This document shows positions 21,463 through 31,923 of a stretch of 64,000 bases of DNA, piece after piece; the stretch's first letter is position 1; each line of letters starts with the position of its first letter. The stretch comes from an uncultured Thermoleophilia bacterium (GTDB lineage: Bacteria > Actinomycetota > Thermoleophilia > UBA2241), in the NCBI GenBank assembly GCA_963808735.1, contig CAWEHE010000016.1:131028-195027 (forward strand). The letters run 5' to 3'. The notes beneath the pieces were generated by a model, which was not told the origin of the DNA, searched no databases, and worked only from the letters and a program-made list of their open reading frames with translations. The translations under genes and the position numbers were made by a program.

Positions 21463-22762
21463 ATGATGGCCGAGGGTCCATCGTCTCGCATCGGGGGTCA
21501 CGTGCGCTCAGCGCGCCGCTTCTCCACCTTTCCACGTGCCGTCCTGGTCGCCGCCGCGGTCGCGGCGCTCTGCCTCGCGGCCGCCGCCTGCGGCCTCCGC
21601 CTGGGCTCCTCGGACGAGGATCCGCGGGCCGATCAGGCGAGGACCCTGGAGCTCGCCCGCGACGGCTTCGCCCGCGCCGCCGACGCGCTGCGCGCCGGAG
21701 ACCGCGAGGGCTTCATCCAGGGGTTCGCGGCCGGAGGGGACGGGCCGGCGGCGGAGCAGGCACGCGACGGTCTCGCCCAGGTGTTCGACACGCTGGCGCC
21801 GCTGCCGTGGCGGACGTTCTCCTTCGCGGTCACGCCGGTCGACCCGGGGGCCGACGTCTACCGGGTCCGGGGCATCGGGCAGCTCGGCGCTGCGGGTCCG
21901 GAGGACAGGATCGCCGTGGTGCGGTATCTCCGGCTGCGGGGCGCGCCCGACGGCGTCGTCGTGCTGGCGGACGAGACGCCGGAGGATCTCCGGCGCCGGT
22001 ACCTGATGGCGCTGCACGATCCCATCGTGCTGCAGCGCCCCGGGCTCCTCGTCCTCGCCGATCGCCGGTCGCGCAGCCGCGCGGCGATCGTGCTGGCCGC
22101 GGCCGAGAAGGCGCGCCCGCGGCTCGCCGCCCTGGGCGTGAGCACCCGCCCCACCGTCGTCATCACCGTGTTCGGCTCCGCGGAGGATGTGCGCGCCGCC
22201 CTGGCTACGAAGGCCGAAACCGCGCGCCTTGCCTTCTTCTCCTATCCCGCGCTCCGTGTCGACGAGGATTCCTGGCCGACCTACGACGTCGGCGTCATGG
22301 GCCCCTGGTTGCGCGACGCGGGCGTGTCCATGGAGGACGTGCTCACGCACGAGCTCGCCCACGCCTACACCATCCGCTGGTTCTCCGGCGACGACGAGCC
22401 CCCGTCGTTGCTCGTGGAGGGGATCGCCCAGGCCGCGGAGGGCTCCGCCTCCGGCTCCGCACTGCGGCAGGAGGTGGCGACCGGCGACCAACTCTGGCCG
22501 CTGCCCGAGTCGTTCGGGGTGGGCGACGTGTGGGACGGCGGCGACGGCGCGGCCGTGAGCTTGGGCTACGACATCGGCGGCTCGCTCGTGAGCGTACGTC
22601 GCCGCGCGCTGGGGAGCGGACGAGGTGCGGCCCTTCGCCCAGGCCGTGGCGGCCGCCGAGCCGACCGTCGCCGGCATGGATGAGGCGCTCGACGAGGCGC
22701 TCGGCGTCACCTGGCTCGACTTCTTCGCCGGCTGGCGGCGGTACGTGCTCGCCGGCAGCTAA
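21463..22762 (+). pseudogene. Membrane/lipid-anchored HExxH-motif protein, paralog 1 (putative zinc metallopeptidase-like); apparent +1 frameshift near 22591
   Basis: It has a signal-like N-terminus (RAVLVAAAVAALCLAAAACG) and the motif THELAHAYTIRWF. The C-terminal 57 residues (YVAARWGADEV...FFAGWRRYVLAGS) sit in another frame and align to the C-terminus of the downstream paralog. Confidence 0.6.
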
Positions 22763-22844
22763 GCGCGGCGCGTCTCTGTCCCGCGAGCTGACGACGTCTC
22801 GTCCGTCCGCGCCTCGCTCCCGGGCCGCGCCGTACAATGGTCCC

Positions 22845-24098
22845 ATGGCAGCCGCATCCCGTAGAACCGTACGGATCCTCCTGATCGCAGGAGCCGGCCT
22901 CGCCCTCGCGGTCGCGGCGCTGGCGGTGTTCGGGGCGCTGCTGCCCGCCCTCATCGAGGAGCCGGCGGCGCCCGGACCGGTGACGAGGCCGGCGAGGGTG
23001 GACGAGGTGCAGGCGGCCCTTGACGGCGCCACGGATGCGCTGCGGGACCGTGACCGCGCGGCCTGGGACGCCGCCCTGCCGGCCTCCGGCCCGGGCGCCC
23101 GGCGCGGCGTCGCCGGCCTGTACCGCCATGTGGTGCGGCTGCCCTGGACGAGCCTGCGGATGATCGCCGAGCCGGTGCGCGGCCATCCGGGCCGCTTCTA
23201 CGTCGGTGCGGTCGGTGAGGTCGGTGGCGCCGACCCCGCCGACCGCATCATGGCGCGTCGCGTCTTCGATGTGGTCGTGAAGGGGGACCGGCTGGTCCTG
23301 CGCCACGACGTGACACCGCGAGACGTCGCCACGCAGCACGTGATGGCGTTCGCGCGGCCCATCGCCGTCCGCCGCAACGGCCTCGTCGTCATCGCCGACA
23401 AGAGCGAGCAGGCCGCCGCGGAGGCCCTGGCCCGGGCCGGCGGCCCCGCGCGGGAGCGGCTCGCTCTGCTCGGCATCAAGCCGCGGGAGCCGGTGGTCGT
23501 CTACTACTACTCCTCGCGCCGCCAGATGCTGCGGGCGCTCGGGGACGATCCGGACGAGTCACGCATCCGTTTCTTCTCCCGCGCGCCGGATCGCGTCTCC
23601 GACTCCCCGACGTGGACGCGCGACATCGGCGTGCTCGGACCTGCGCTGGACGGCAAGGAGCAGTGGATACCGCTGATGCTGGCGCACGAGTTGACGCACG
23701 CCTACACCTCCCGCTGGTTCGCGCGTACCAGGCACGCGCCGACGCTGCTCGCGGAAGGACTCGCCACCGCGGTCGAGGGCGGGCGCACATACCAGCCGCT
23801 GCGCGATGACCTCGCCTCCGGCGACTCCGCCTACCCGCTCGAGAAGGCGCTCACGGCCAGGAGCCTCTGGCGCGGTAACCCCATCGCCAAGGTCCGTCTT
23901 GCCTACCTCGAGGGCAGCTCGCTCGTCCTCTACGTGCTGGACCGCTGGGGCCTGGACGGCGTGCGCGACTTCGTCACCGCCGTCAGCGATTCGGACCTCA
24001 GCAGGAAGGGGCTCGACGCAGCGGCGCTGGAGAGCGTGGGCGTCGGCTGGCGCGAGCTTCGCCGCGGGTGGACGGAGTTCGTGCAGACGCTGCCCTGA
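22845..24098 (+). CDS. Membrane-anchored HExxH-motif protein, paralog 2 (putative zinc metallopeptidase-like, uncharacterised family)
   Basis: It has an N-terminal TM segment and the motif MLAHELTHAYTSRWF. It is collinear and similar to the protein at 21463..22762. Confidence 0.6.
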   Translation: MAAASRRTVRILLIAGAGLALAVAALAVFGALLPALIEEPAAPGPVTRPARVDEVQAALDGATDALRDRDRAAWDAALPASGPGARRGVAGLYRHVVRLPWTSLRMIAEPVRGHPGRFYVGAVGEVGGADPADRIMARRVFDVVVKGDRLVLRHDVTPRDVATQHVMAFARPIAVRRNGLVVIADKSEQAAAEALARAGGPARERLALLGIKPREPVVVYYYSSRRQMLRALGDDPDESRIRFFSRAPDRVSDSPTWTRDIGVLGPALDGKEQWIPLMLAHELTHAYTSRWFARTRHAPTLLAEGLATAVEGGRTYQPLRDDLASGDSAYPLEKALTARSLWRGNPIAKVRLAYLEGSSLVLYVLDRWGLDGVRDFVTAVSDSDLSRKGLDAAALESVGVGWRELRRGWTEFVQTLP

Positions 24099-24205
24099 GG
24101 CGCGCGCGCCGACCTCCGGCGCCGTGCTTACCTTCGTAAGGTTGCGGCGCCGCCCGCCTCGGGGTACACCCTAGGAAGCAGCGGCATCGCGGAAGGAGAT
24201 CCACC

Positions 24206-25588
24206 ATGCGCTCCAGAGCGTTCATCATCACTTCACTCGTCGTCCTCACGGCCGTGATCCTCGTGGTCGGCGTCACGGTGGCGGGCGCGGGCCAGTCCAG
24301 CCCCCTCCCCGACACCTCGGCCCCTGACCTGCTCTCGAAGATGGCGCAGACCGACGGCGTCACGGCGGTGAGCGGCGAAGTCTCGTGGCAGAACGACCTG
24401 TTCGGCGACCTCGGCGCGGCGAGCGGCATGGCGCAGCTCCCGGCGCAGTCGCCGCTCACGAGCAGCGGTTCGGGACGGATCTGGGCGAGTGAAGCCGGCG
24501 CCAAGGTCGAGTCGCAAGGCGGCGGCGGCGACCAGGTCGTCGTCGTGAACAAGGCGGAGCGCACCGCGTGGGTCTACGACGCCGCACAGAATACGGTCAA
24601 GAAGGTCGTGGTGGCGGGCGAGGCGCCGGCGGAGACTGCGTCTCCGGCGCCCTCCGGCGCGTTCGTCACTCCCGAGGCGATCACGCTCTACCTGCTGCAG
24701 GTCGCCCGCTTCGCCACCGTCGACGTGGCCGGCCAGGCCAAGGTCGCCGGCCAGGACGCCTACCTGCTGCGGATGACCCCGGTCGCCACCGACACCGCCC
24801 TCGGCTACGTCCAGGCGGCGATCGACGGCAAGACCATGGTCCCGCTCCAGCTCACCGTGTACGCAAAGGGCGGCACCGCGCCGGTGCTGCGCTTCGGCTT
24901 CGACAGCATCAGCTACGACCCCATCGACCCCGCCATGTTCGCCTTCACGCCGCCCGAGGGCGCCACGGTGACCACGAAGACCGTCGACGGCGACGCCATG
25001 AAGGCCAAGGCCGACGAGATGCATCAGGCCAAGTCCGCCAAGGCCGAGCCCACCAAGGCCCAGAAGGAAGCGGCTCAGCAGGCGGTCCAGGGCGCGCTGC
25101 TCACGCGCGAGCAAGTCGCCAAGCTGGTCCCCTTCGAGCTCGCTTGGGCGCGCGACTACGCCGCCCGACCGCTCCAGTGGGGCTACGTGCTCAGCCCGGC
25201 CGGCCCGCTCACCGGGTCCGGCGCGCCGCTGATGCAGACGCTCGGTGCGGTCACCGGCATGGACCTCACGGCGGTGACGAACGGCTCGGACGCGCCGCGC
25301 AGTGGCGCCGCCACGGACGACCCCAGCAGCGTCCTGCTCTACGGCCAGGGCTTCGGCACGATCGTCCTGGCGCAGACGACGACCACGCCCGACCTCGAGA
25401 AGCAGCTGGAGCAGCTGCAGCAGACCTCTCAGATCCTCGGCACGGCGACCGTCGACGGCGCCACGGCGCTCAAGATCGGCACGCCGCTCGGCGGCGTGAT
25501 CGTGTGGCAGAAGGGCGGCACCACGCTCGTCGCCGGAGGCATGGTGCCGATGAGCGATCTGGAGACCTTCGCGAGTTCCGTCCGCTGA
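24206..25588 (+). CDS. Membrane-anchored LolA-fold / DUF4367-like protein
   Basis: It has a strong RBS (aaggagatccacc ATG) and an N-terminal TM segment. The long soluble domain is followed immediately by an ABC ATPase/permease pair, the typical arrangement for this family. Confidence 0.55.
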   Translation: MRSRAFIITSLVVLTAVILVVGVTVAGAGQSSPLPDTSAPDLLSKMAQTDGVTAVSGEVSWQNDLFGDLGAASGMAQLPAQSPLTSSGSGRIWASEAGAKVESQGGGGDQVVVVNKAERTAWVYDAAQNTVKKVVVAGEAPAETASPAPSGAFVTPEAITLYLLQVARFATVDVAGQAKVAGQDAYLLRMTPVATDTALGYVQAAIDGKTMVPLQLTVYAKGGTAPVLRFGFDSISYDPIDPAMFAFTPPEGATVTTKTVDGDAMKAKADEMHQAKSAKAEPTKAQKEAAQQAVQGALLTREQVAKLVPFELAWARDYAARPLQWGYVLSPAGPLTGSGAPLMQTLGAVTGMDLTAVTNGSDAPRSGAATDDPSSVLLYGQGFGTIVLAQTTTTPDLEKQLEQLQQTSQILGTATVDGATALKIGTPLGGVIVWQKGGTTLVAGGMVPMSDLETFASSVR

Positions 25589-25589
25589 T

Positions 25590-26654
25590 GTGGACGGCAG
25601 CGTGACGCCGGACGACGCGGAAGCGCAGGATCTGAGTGGACCGGAGGGGGCGCGGCCCGGGCAGCAGAGCTGCGGCGGCCGCGCCCCCATCCTGACCACG
25701 CACGCCCTCACCAAGCAGTTCGGCAGCCTCCGCGCCGTGGACGGCCTCGACATGGAGGTCTGCAAGGGTGACGTCTTCGGGTTCCTCGGGCCGAACGGAG
25801 CCGGCAAGACCACGGTCATCCGCCTGGTCCTCGGCCTGATCCACCCCACGAGCGGGTACGCGGAGGTGTGCGGGCACCGCGTGCCCGGCGAGCTGCAGGG
25901 GGCGCTGCGCCACGTCGGCGGCTTCGTCGACGACCCGACGTTCTACCCCCTCATGAGCGCCCGCCGGAACCTGCGCATGCTCGGCAGCATGACCGGCCCG
26001 GTGAGTGAGGAGCGCATCGACGAGGTCCTCGAGATCGTCGCGCTCAGCGACCGGGCCGGCGACCGCGTCGGCGGCTTCAGCCACGGGATGAAGCAGCGGC
26101 TGGGCATCGCCCAGGCGCTGCTGCACAGCCCCGAGCTCATCGTCCTCGACGAGCCGACCAGCGGTCTCGACCCGCGCGGCATGAAGGACGTGCGCGAGCT
26201 CATCCGCGAACTGGGTGCGGCCGGCACGACCGTGTTCCTGAGCTCGCACCTGCTGCACGAGGTGGAGCAGGTGTGCACGCGGGCCGTGATCCTCACCAAG
26301 GGCCGCGTCGTGGTGCAGGGGCCGGTCAGCGAACTGCGGCCGCAGAACGACGCGATCAAGGTGCTCACCGGCGACCAGGGCCGCGCCGCCGGCGTGCTGC
26401 GCGGCCAGTTCGGCGCCGCCGGCGTCGTCGAGGACGAGGGCTTCCTGGTCGTCAAGGCCGACGAGGAAGCCGTGCCCGAGATGGTCCGCCGGCTGGTGGC
26501 CGACGGCGTCGAAGTGCGCGCCGTGGTGCCGGCGTCGGAGCAGGGGCTCGAGGACTTCTTCCTCGAGCTCACCGGCACCGACGCGGCCGGCGAGCCGGCG
26601 CGCGGCAAGAAGCGGGCCGGCCTTGCCCGGTTGCTGCCGGGAGGCCGGCGATGA
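25590..26654 (+). CDS. ABC transporter ATP-binding protein
   Basis: It has Walker A (GPNGAGKTT), the ABC signature and Walker B ([32 protein letters not shown]). Confidence 0.9.
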   Translation: [354 protein letters not shown]

Positions 26655-27508
26655 GCGCCGCCCACGGCAGCACGGCCGGCGACATGCGCGGCCGTCGGTG
26701 GGGAGCCCTCCGCCGCGAGTGGATCAAGCTGCTCTACCAGCGCCGCAGCTACCTCATCTGGGGCGGCGCCTTCGTCATCCCGTTCCTGATCGCGCTGGCG
26801 CTCTACCTGGCCGGCAGCGACCCTCACGGCGGCGAGGGCCCACTCTTCTTCGAGCGCATCACTTCCAACGGGATGTTCGTGACGCTCGCCTCGCTCTCGG
26901 CGCTGATCCCGTTCCTCCTGCCGATGGCGGCGGCGATGGTGGCCGGCTACATGATCGCCGGTGAGGCGGAGCTGGGGACCCTGCGCATCGTCCTGCTCCG
27001 CCCGACCCGGCGCGGCGCGTTCGTCCTCGCCAAGTGGACCATGGCCATGGTCTACCTCGCCGTGGGCTTCGCCGTCATGATCGCCGGCGGCCTGCTGTTC
27101 GGCGGCATCTTCTTCGGCCTGCACCCCATGATCACGCTCTCCGGCAGCACCGTCGGCGTCTGGCACGGCCTCGGCCTCATCCTGCTCAGCTGCCTCTACG
27201 CGCTCGCGGCGATGTCGTGCATCGTCTCCATGGCCCTGCTCTTCAGCACGCTCACCGACTCGAGCCTCACGGCGCTGATCGCCACCATCGTCATCTACAT
27301 CGTGATCACCGTGCTCATCCAGTTCAGCTACTTCGACTGGCTCAGGCCGTGGGTGTTCCCGCAGTACCTGCTCGAGTTCACCAACTTCTTCCGCGACCCG
27401 ATCTACTGGCGGCCGATCCTCAAAGGGCTGGGCGTGTTCGCGCTCTGGAGCGGCGCGCTCACGTTCGCCGCCTACCTGGTCTTCCGGCGCAAGGACGTGC
27501 TGTCGTAG
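26651..27508 (+). CDS. ABC-2 family transporter permease
   Basis: It has six predicted TM helices. Its start overlaps the ATPase stop (ATGA). Confidence 0.75.
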   Translation: MSAAHGSTAGDMRGRRWGALRREWIKLLYQRRSYLIWGGAFVIPFLIALALYLAGSDPHGGEGPLFFERITSNGMFVTLASLSALIPFLLPMAAAMVAGYMIAGEAELGTLRIVLLRPTRRGAFVLAKWTMAMVYLAVGFAVMIAGGLLFGGIFFGLHPMITLSGSTVGVWHGLGLILLSCLYALAAMSCIVSMALLFSTLTDSSLTALIATIVIYIVITVLIQFSYFDWLRPWVFPQYLLEFTNFFRDPIYWRPILKGLGVFALWSGALTFAAYLVFRRKDVLS

Positions 27509-27518
27509 GGTAGGAGCG

Positions 27519-28665
27519 ATGCCGCGGCCGACCCCCAAGACGATGCGCGCGATGCAGCTGGCGGCGCCCGCTCCCGCGGCGGAGGCGCCGCTCCGGCTCG
27601 TTCGGCTCCCGGTGCCCGAGCCGGGTCCGGGCCAGGTCCTGCTGCGGGTGCTGGCCTGCGGCGTCTGCCGCACCGACCTGCACATCCTCGAGGGCGAGCT
27701 GCCGCCGCACCGCTCGCCCGTCGTCCCCGGCCACCAGATCGTCGGCGAGGTCGTGGCGCTCGGGCCCGGCGCCGAGTCCGTCGCGCCGGGCGGCGAGCCG
27801 GGCGCGTCGCCGCTCTCCACGGGCGACCGCGTCGGCGTGCCGTGGCTGCACAGGGCCGACGAGACCTGCCGGTTCTGCGCGCGCGGGCAGGAGAACCTCT
27901 GCGAGCACGCGCTCTTCACCGGCTGGGACGTCGACGGCGGCTTCGCCGAGTTCGCGGTGGCGCCGGCCGGGTTCGTCTACCGTCTCCCCGCCGGCATGAC
28001 GGCGATGGCGGCGGCTCCGCTGCTCTGCGCCGGCATCATCGGCTACCGCTGCCTGCGGCTGGTGGGCATCGTCGGCGACGACGCCGGACTGCCGGGAGTC
28101 GCGGCCGGCCGGACGGCCGGGCAGCCTGCGGCCGCCGGCCCGACGGCCGGCGCACGCCGAGCCGAAGCGCCTCGGCATCTACGGCTTCGGCTCGGCCGCC
28201 TCGCTCTGCACGCAGGTCGCCATCTGGCGCGGCTGGGAGGTCTACGGCATCGCCCGCGACGAAGAGCACCGGGCGATGGCGCGCGAGCTCGGCGCGGTGT
28301 GGGCCGGCGAGGCGAGCGACGATCCCGGCGTGCTCTACGACGCGGCGATCGTCTTCGCGCCGGCCGGCGAGCTCGCCGTCGATGCCTTGCGCCGGCTGGA
28401 CAAGGGCGGCGTCGTGGCGCTGGGCGGCATCTACTCCTCGCCCATCCCGCCCATCGAGTACCCGTGGATCTACCACGAGCGCGTCGTGCGCAGCGTCGCC
28501 AATTCGACGCGACAGGACGCCCGCGAGCTGCTGCGCGACGCGGCCGCCATCCCGATCGTCAGTCGCGTCCAGGAGTACGGGCTCGAGCAGGCCAACGAGG
28601 CGCTGCTCGACCTCAAGGAGGACCGGGTGCGCGGCTCGGCGGTGCTGCGCGTCGCGGAGGACTAG
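27519..28665 (+). pseudogene. Zinc-binding (MDR-family) alcohol dehydrogenase, disrupted by a frameshift or an approximately 75-nt GC-rich insertion around 28074-28150
   Basis: The N-terminal 185 aa (GHQIVGEVVALGPG, C..C zinc ligands) are in frame 1. The Rossmann fold and C-terminus (LGIYGFGSAASLCTQVA...GSAVLRVAED) are in the +1 frame (ORF 28276..28665). Confidence 0.7.
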
Positions 28666-28751
28666 AGCTCAGGCTCGGCCGAGGCTCGCCAGGCGACGGA
28701 CGTCCCATCCGGTCAGGGTTCGCGCGGGTCACGCCCGCGCCGTCAGTAGCC

Positions 28752-30611
28752 TCATATGCAGTCGAAGAGGGAGTAGTCCTCGGAGCCGGCGGCGGATTGG
28801 CCGCCGCAGGCGCCGGCGGCGACGCAGTCGTCGCCGGCGGGAGCGGCGGCTCCGGCCTCCGCCGTGAGTTCCTCGAGCAGCGGCCGGACGAGATCGCAGT
28901 ACGGGAACGGCGCGGCGTACCCGGCGGCCTCGCCGCGCGCCCGGGCCGCGTAGTGCGCCTGCACCCAGCACTCGCCGCCGCAGGCGTCGGCGACCGGGCA
29001 GGCGAGGCACTCGGCCCGGTCGCGGGCGCGCGCGGCGCGCAGCAGCCGCAGGCTGCTGGACGTGCGCCAGATCTGCTCGAGCGGCTGCTCGCGTAGCGAG
29101 CCGGCCACGAACGCCGGGTCGCCGGCCGTGATCACGCAGGCGTGGACACGGCCGGACGGGTCGATGGAGAGGTCGCGGCAGCCGGCCGCGCACAGGTCGT
29201 TGCGCTTGCCGACGCGGCGCCGCCAGCTGGGGACGTTGTCGACGGTGAGGTCGATCTCCTCCGCGACGACGAGGAGCTCACGGACGGCTGCCAGCAGCTC
29301 CGCGCCGGTCGGGACGAGATCGGGCCCGGCGCCGCCGGAGGTCTCGTCGCAGGTCATCCCCCGCTGGTGTGGCAGGATGAGGTGGAGCCGGCTGAGCCCG
29401 GCGGCGCGCAGCTCGCGCGCGAGCTGCGCCAGGCCGGGCAGCGCCGGCCGCACGAGCACCGTGTTCGCGACCGGCTCGAGGCCGACGGCGAGCAGGTTGC
29501 CGATCGACGTCATCACGTCGTCGTAGCTGCCGGCACCGCGCAATGCGTCGTTGGCGTCGCGCGGCCCGTCGATGCTCACGAGCGGCTTGAGCAGACCGCG
29601 GCCCGCACGACTCAGTTCGTCCGCCAGCTTCTCGTCCACCAGACTGTTGAAGAAGAACCGCGCCCTGGCATCGTGCGTGCCGGTGATGTGATCGAGGAGC
29701 TCGAGGAAGTCGTCGCGGACCAGCGGGTCGCCACCGATGAAGACGAAGCTGCCGGCGCCGAGCGCGACGCACTGGTCGATGGCGTCGCGCCACTGGGCGG
29801 TCGTCAGCTCGTCGCCCGTCGCCGCCGAGTCGTAGCAGTGCCTGCAGGCGCGGCCGCAGCGGTGCGTGACGTGAAGGTAGACCTCGCGCAGGCCGCCGAG
29901 CGACTCGGCGCGCAGCGGCGCGCGGTTCTCGAGCCGGTCGAGCACGCCGAGGTCGGCCGGCTCGTCGACGTCGATCCAGAGCGGGAGCTGCGCGACCTGC
30001 AGGCCTGCGGCCTGCGCCGCGCGCAGCGTGTGCTCGAGCAGGCCGGGGCTGCTCATCGGGGACGCTGCGAGCATCGCGGTGAGGGCGCCGGCCGCGGCGG
30101 CCCACGTCTCCCGGCCGGCGCCGATCAGGTAGTAGCCGCCGTCCGCCGCCGGGCCGAGGACGAGGCGCCCGGGCGAGAGGTCGTCGAAGGCTCTGGCGAG
30201 GTACTCCGCCGGGAGCGCCGGGCTGTCGCTGCCGACGACGACGACCGCCTCTGCGCCGGCGCCGAACAGATCGGTGAAGACGTTGGCGAGCCGTTCGCCG
30301 AGGCCGTCGCCGCGCTGCGGCAGCCGCGACCAGCGGCCGTCGCGACCGGCGAGCGGGTCACCGGCCACCGGAGGCGAGGCTGCCGGCGCGCCTGCGGCTG
30401 CCGGCGCCTCCGCCAGCACGAGCGCCGCGTCGGGGACGAGCTCGGCGCACTCAAGCGTCCCCCGCAGCAGCCGCTCGTAGACGGCGAGGGCGCCGTCGTC
30501 GCCGAGCGCTCGCGCGAGGCGCGTCTTCACGGCGCCGCGGACAAGCGGCCGGGCCATCACTGCGATGACCCTCGCGCCCGGTCCGGGGCGGGCGGGGCGG
30601 AGGTGCGTCAT
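28752..30611 (-). CDS. Fusion: DUF2064 (TIGR04282-type) glycosyltransferase-like domain plus radical SAM domain with C-terminal SPASM-like cysteine clusters
   Basis: ORF 28752..30611 (619 aa). The N-terminus reads IAVMARPLVRGAVKTRLARALG...VVVVGSDSPALP...GPAADGGYYLIG. The central region carries CGRACRHCY (CxxxCxxC). The C-terminus carries CAAGCRDLSIDPSGRVHAC and CLACPVADACGGEC. Confidence 0.7.
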   Translation of the reverse strand: MTHLRPARPGPGARVIAVMARPLVRGAVKTRLARALGDDGALAVYERLLRGTLECAELVPDAALVLAEAPAAAGAPAASPPVAGDPLAGRDGRWSRLPQRGDGLGERLANVFTDLFGAGAEAVVVVGSDSPALPAEYLARAFDDLSPGRLVLGPAADGGYYLIGAGRETWAAAAGALTAMLAASPMSSPGLLEHTLRAAQAAGLQVAQLPLWIDVDEPADLGVLDRLENRAPLRAESLGGLREVYLHVTHRCGRACRHCYDSAATGDELTTAQWRDAIDQCVALGAGSFVFIGGDPLVRDDFLELLDHITGTHDARARFFFNSLVDEKLADELSRAGRGLLKPLVSIDGPRDANDALRGAGSYDDVMTSIGNLLAVGLEPVANTVLVRPALPGLAQLARELRAAGLSRLHLILPHQRGMTCDETSGGAGPDLVPTGAELLAAVRELLVVAEEIDLTVDNVPSWRRRVGKRNDLCAAGCRDLSIDPSGRVHACVITAGDPAFVAGSLREQPLEQIWRTSSSLRLLRAARARDRAECLACPVADACGGECWVQAHYAARARGEAAGYAAPFPYCDLVRPLLEELTAEAGAAAPAGDDCVAAGACGGQSAAGSEDYSLFDCI

Positions 30612-30630
30612 CGCTCGGTCGCGTGCGTCG

Positions 30631-31923
30631 TCATCGCTTCAGTATGGCGACGACTCTGTGGATGGACAACACGACGCCCGCCCGCGCGCCGTCGCCGGCC
30701 TGGCCCCACTGCCGGGCGCGGGCGAGCCAGGCCCAGAGCGGCAGCGACTCCGTCAGCGGCGTCACCATCCCGACGACGAGCGGCAGCCACAGCCCGGCGG
30801 CGAGGCCAAGCGCCAGCGGGGTGAGCCAGTACCAGGCGTGCACGATCGGCAGGCAGAGGATGAGCAGGGTCATCGTCCAGGCGAAGGCCTCGGCGGTCCT
30901 CTCGCGACCGCGGAGGCTGCGCGCGATCCAGATCGCACCCACGATGAACACCGCGAGCACCAGCCAGCTGGCGACGTGGGGGGAGAAGAGACGCGCGAAG
31001 ACCAGGAAGAGCAGGGAGGCGCCGGTCCAGCTGAACCCTCCCTGGAAGAGCGACCCGAACGAGCCTCCCGTGACGAGATAGGGGAGGTACGGGATCACGA
31101 AGGCCGGCGCGAAGCCGGCGATGAAGCGGGCGGGCGAGGCCCGCCCGCCCAGCAGCGCCGGCACGAGGAGGCCGAGCGGCATCACCTTGAACGCCGCCGC
31201 GAGGCCGAGCGCGATCCCGGCCCATCCGTCGCGGCGGCGCACGAGCAGGGCCGCGGCGAGCACGCAGAAGAAGACCGCCGCCGCCTCCGCGTGCGCCGAC
31301 TCCCACGTCTGCACGATCACCGCGGGGCAGAGAAGGTAGAGCACCGTGGCGCGCTGGCGCAGCTTCCGCGCCGCCAGGAACCAGACGGCCGCGGCCGTCG
31401 CGAGGTCGAAGGCGCCGAAGACCAGCTTGAAGAGGACCACTTCGGCGCGCGGCGTGAGCGCTTCCTCCAGTCCCATCGCTTTCGTCGCCTGCGCCACGCC
31501 GAAGAAGACGGCCTGCGTCAGGGGCGGGTAGACCGTCTTGAGCTCGTCGTGGTTGATGAGGTCGCGCCCGGCATACTTGACGCGATCGAGAGGGTGCTCG
31601 TAGGGCCGGTACTTGTAGGGATTGATGCCGGCCAGCTGCACGCGCCCGTCCCACACGTAGCGATGGTAGTCGTCGCTCAGGCTGGGCATCACCGGCAGGA
31701 AGATGAGGCGCAGGAGGACGGCGGCGACGATGACGCCGCGCAGCGGCAGGCTCGCCGCCGCCGTCGCCAGGACGGCGAACCCGGCGCCGGCGAGTACGTA
31801 GAATGAGGCGAACCGCGCCGCGTGCGCGACCAGGTCGCCGGAGGCGGCAAGGCCGATCAGCCCGGCGGCCAGCAGGGCCAGCCCGAGAAAGGCACGAAAG
31901 CGTGGCGTCTTCAGCAGCTTCAT
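30631..31923 (-). CDS. DUF2029 / GT87-like polytopic membrane glycosyltransferase (polyprenyl-phosphate-sugar dependent)
   Basis: The ORF is 430 aa with about 11 TM helices and a conserved periplasmic loop (DDYHRYVWDGRV..GINPY). It lies 20 nt upstream of the rSAM fusion on the same strand. Confidence 0.6.
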   Translation of the reverse strand: MKLLKTPRFRAFLGLALLAAGLIGLAASGDLVAHAARFASFYVLAGAGFAVLATAAASLPLRGVIVAAVLLRLIFLPVMPSLSDDYHRYVWDGRVQLAGINPYKYRPYEHPLDRVKYAGRDLINHDELKTVYPPLTQAVFFGVAQATKAMGLEEALTPRAEVVLFKLVFGAFDLATAAAVWFLAARKLRQRATVLYLLCPAVIVQTWESAHAEAAAVFFCVLAAALLVRRRDGWAGIALGLAAAFKVMPLGLLVPALLGGRASPARFIAGFAPAFVIPYLPYLVTGGSFGSLFQGGFSWTGASLLFLVFARLFSPHVASWLVLAVFIVGAIWIARSLRGRERTAEAFAWTMTLLILCLPIVHAWYWLTPLALGLAAGLWLPLVVGMVTPLTESLPLWAWLARARQWGQAGDGARAGVVLSIHRVVAILKR

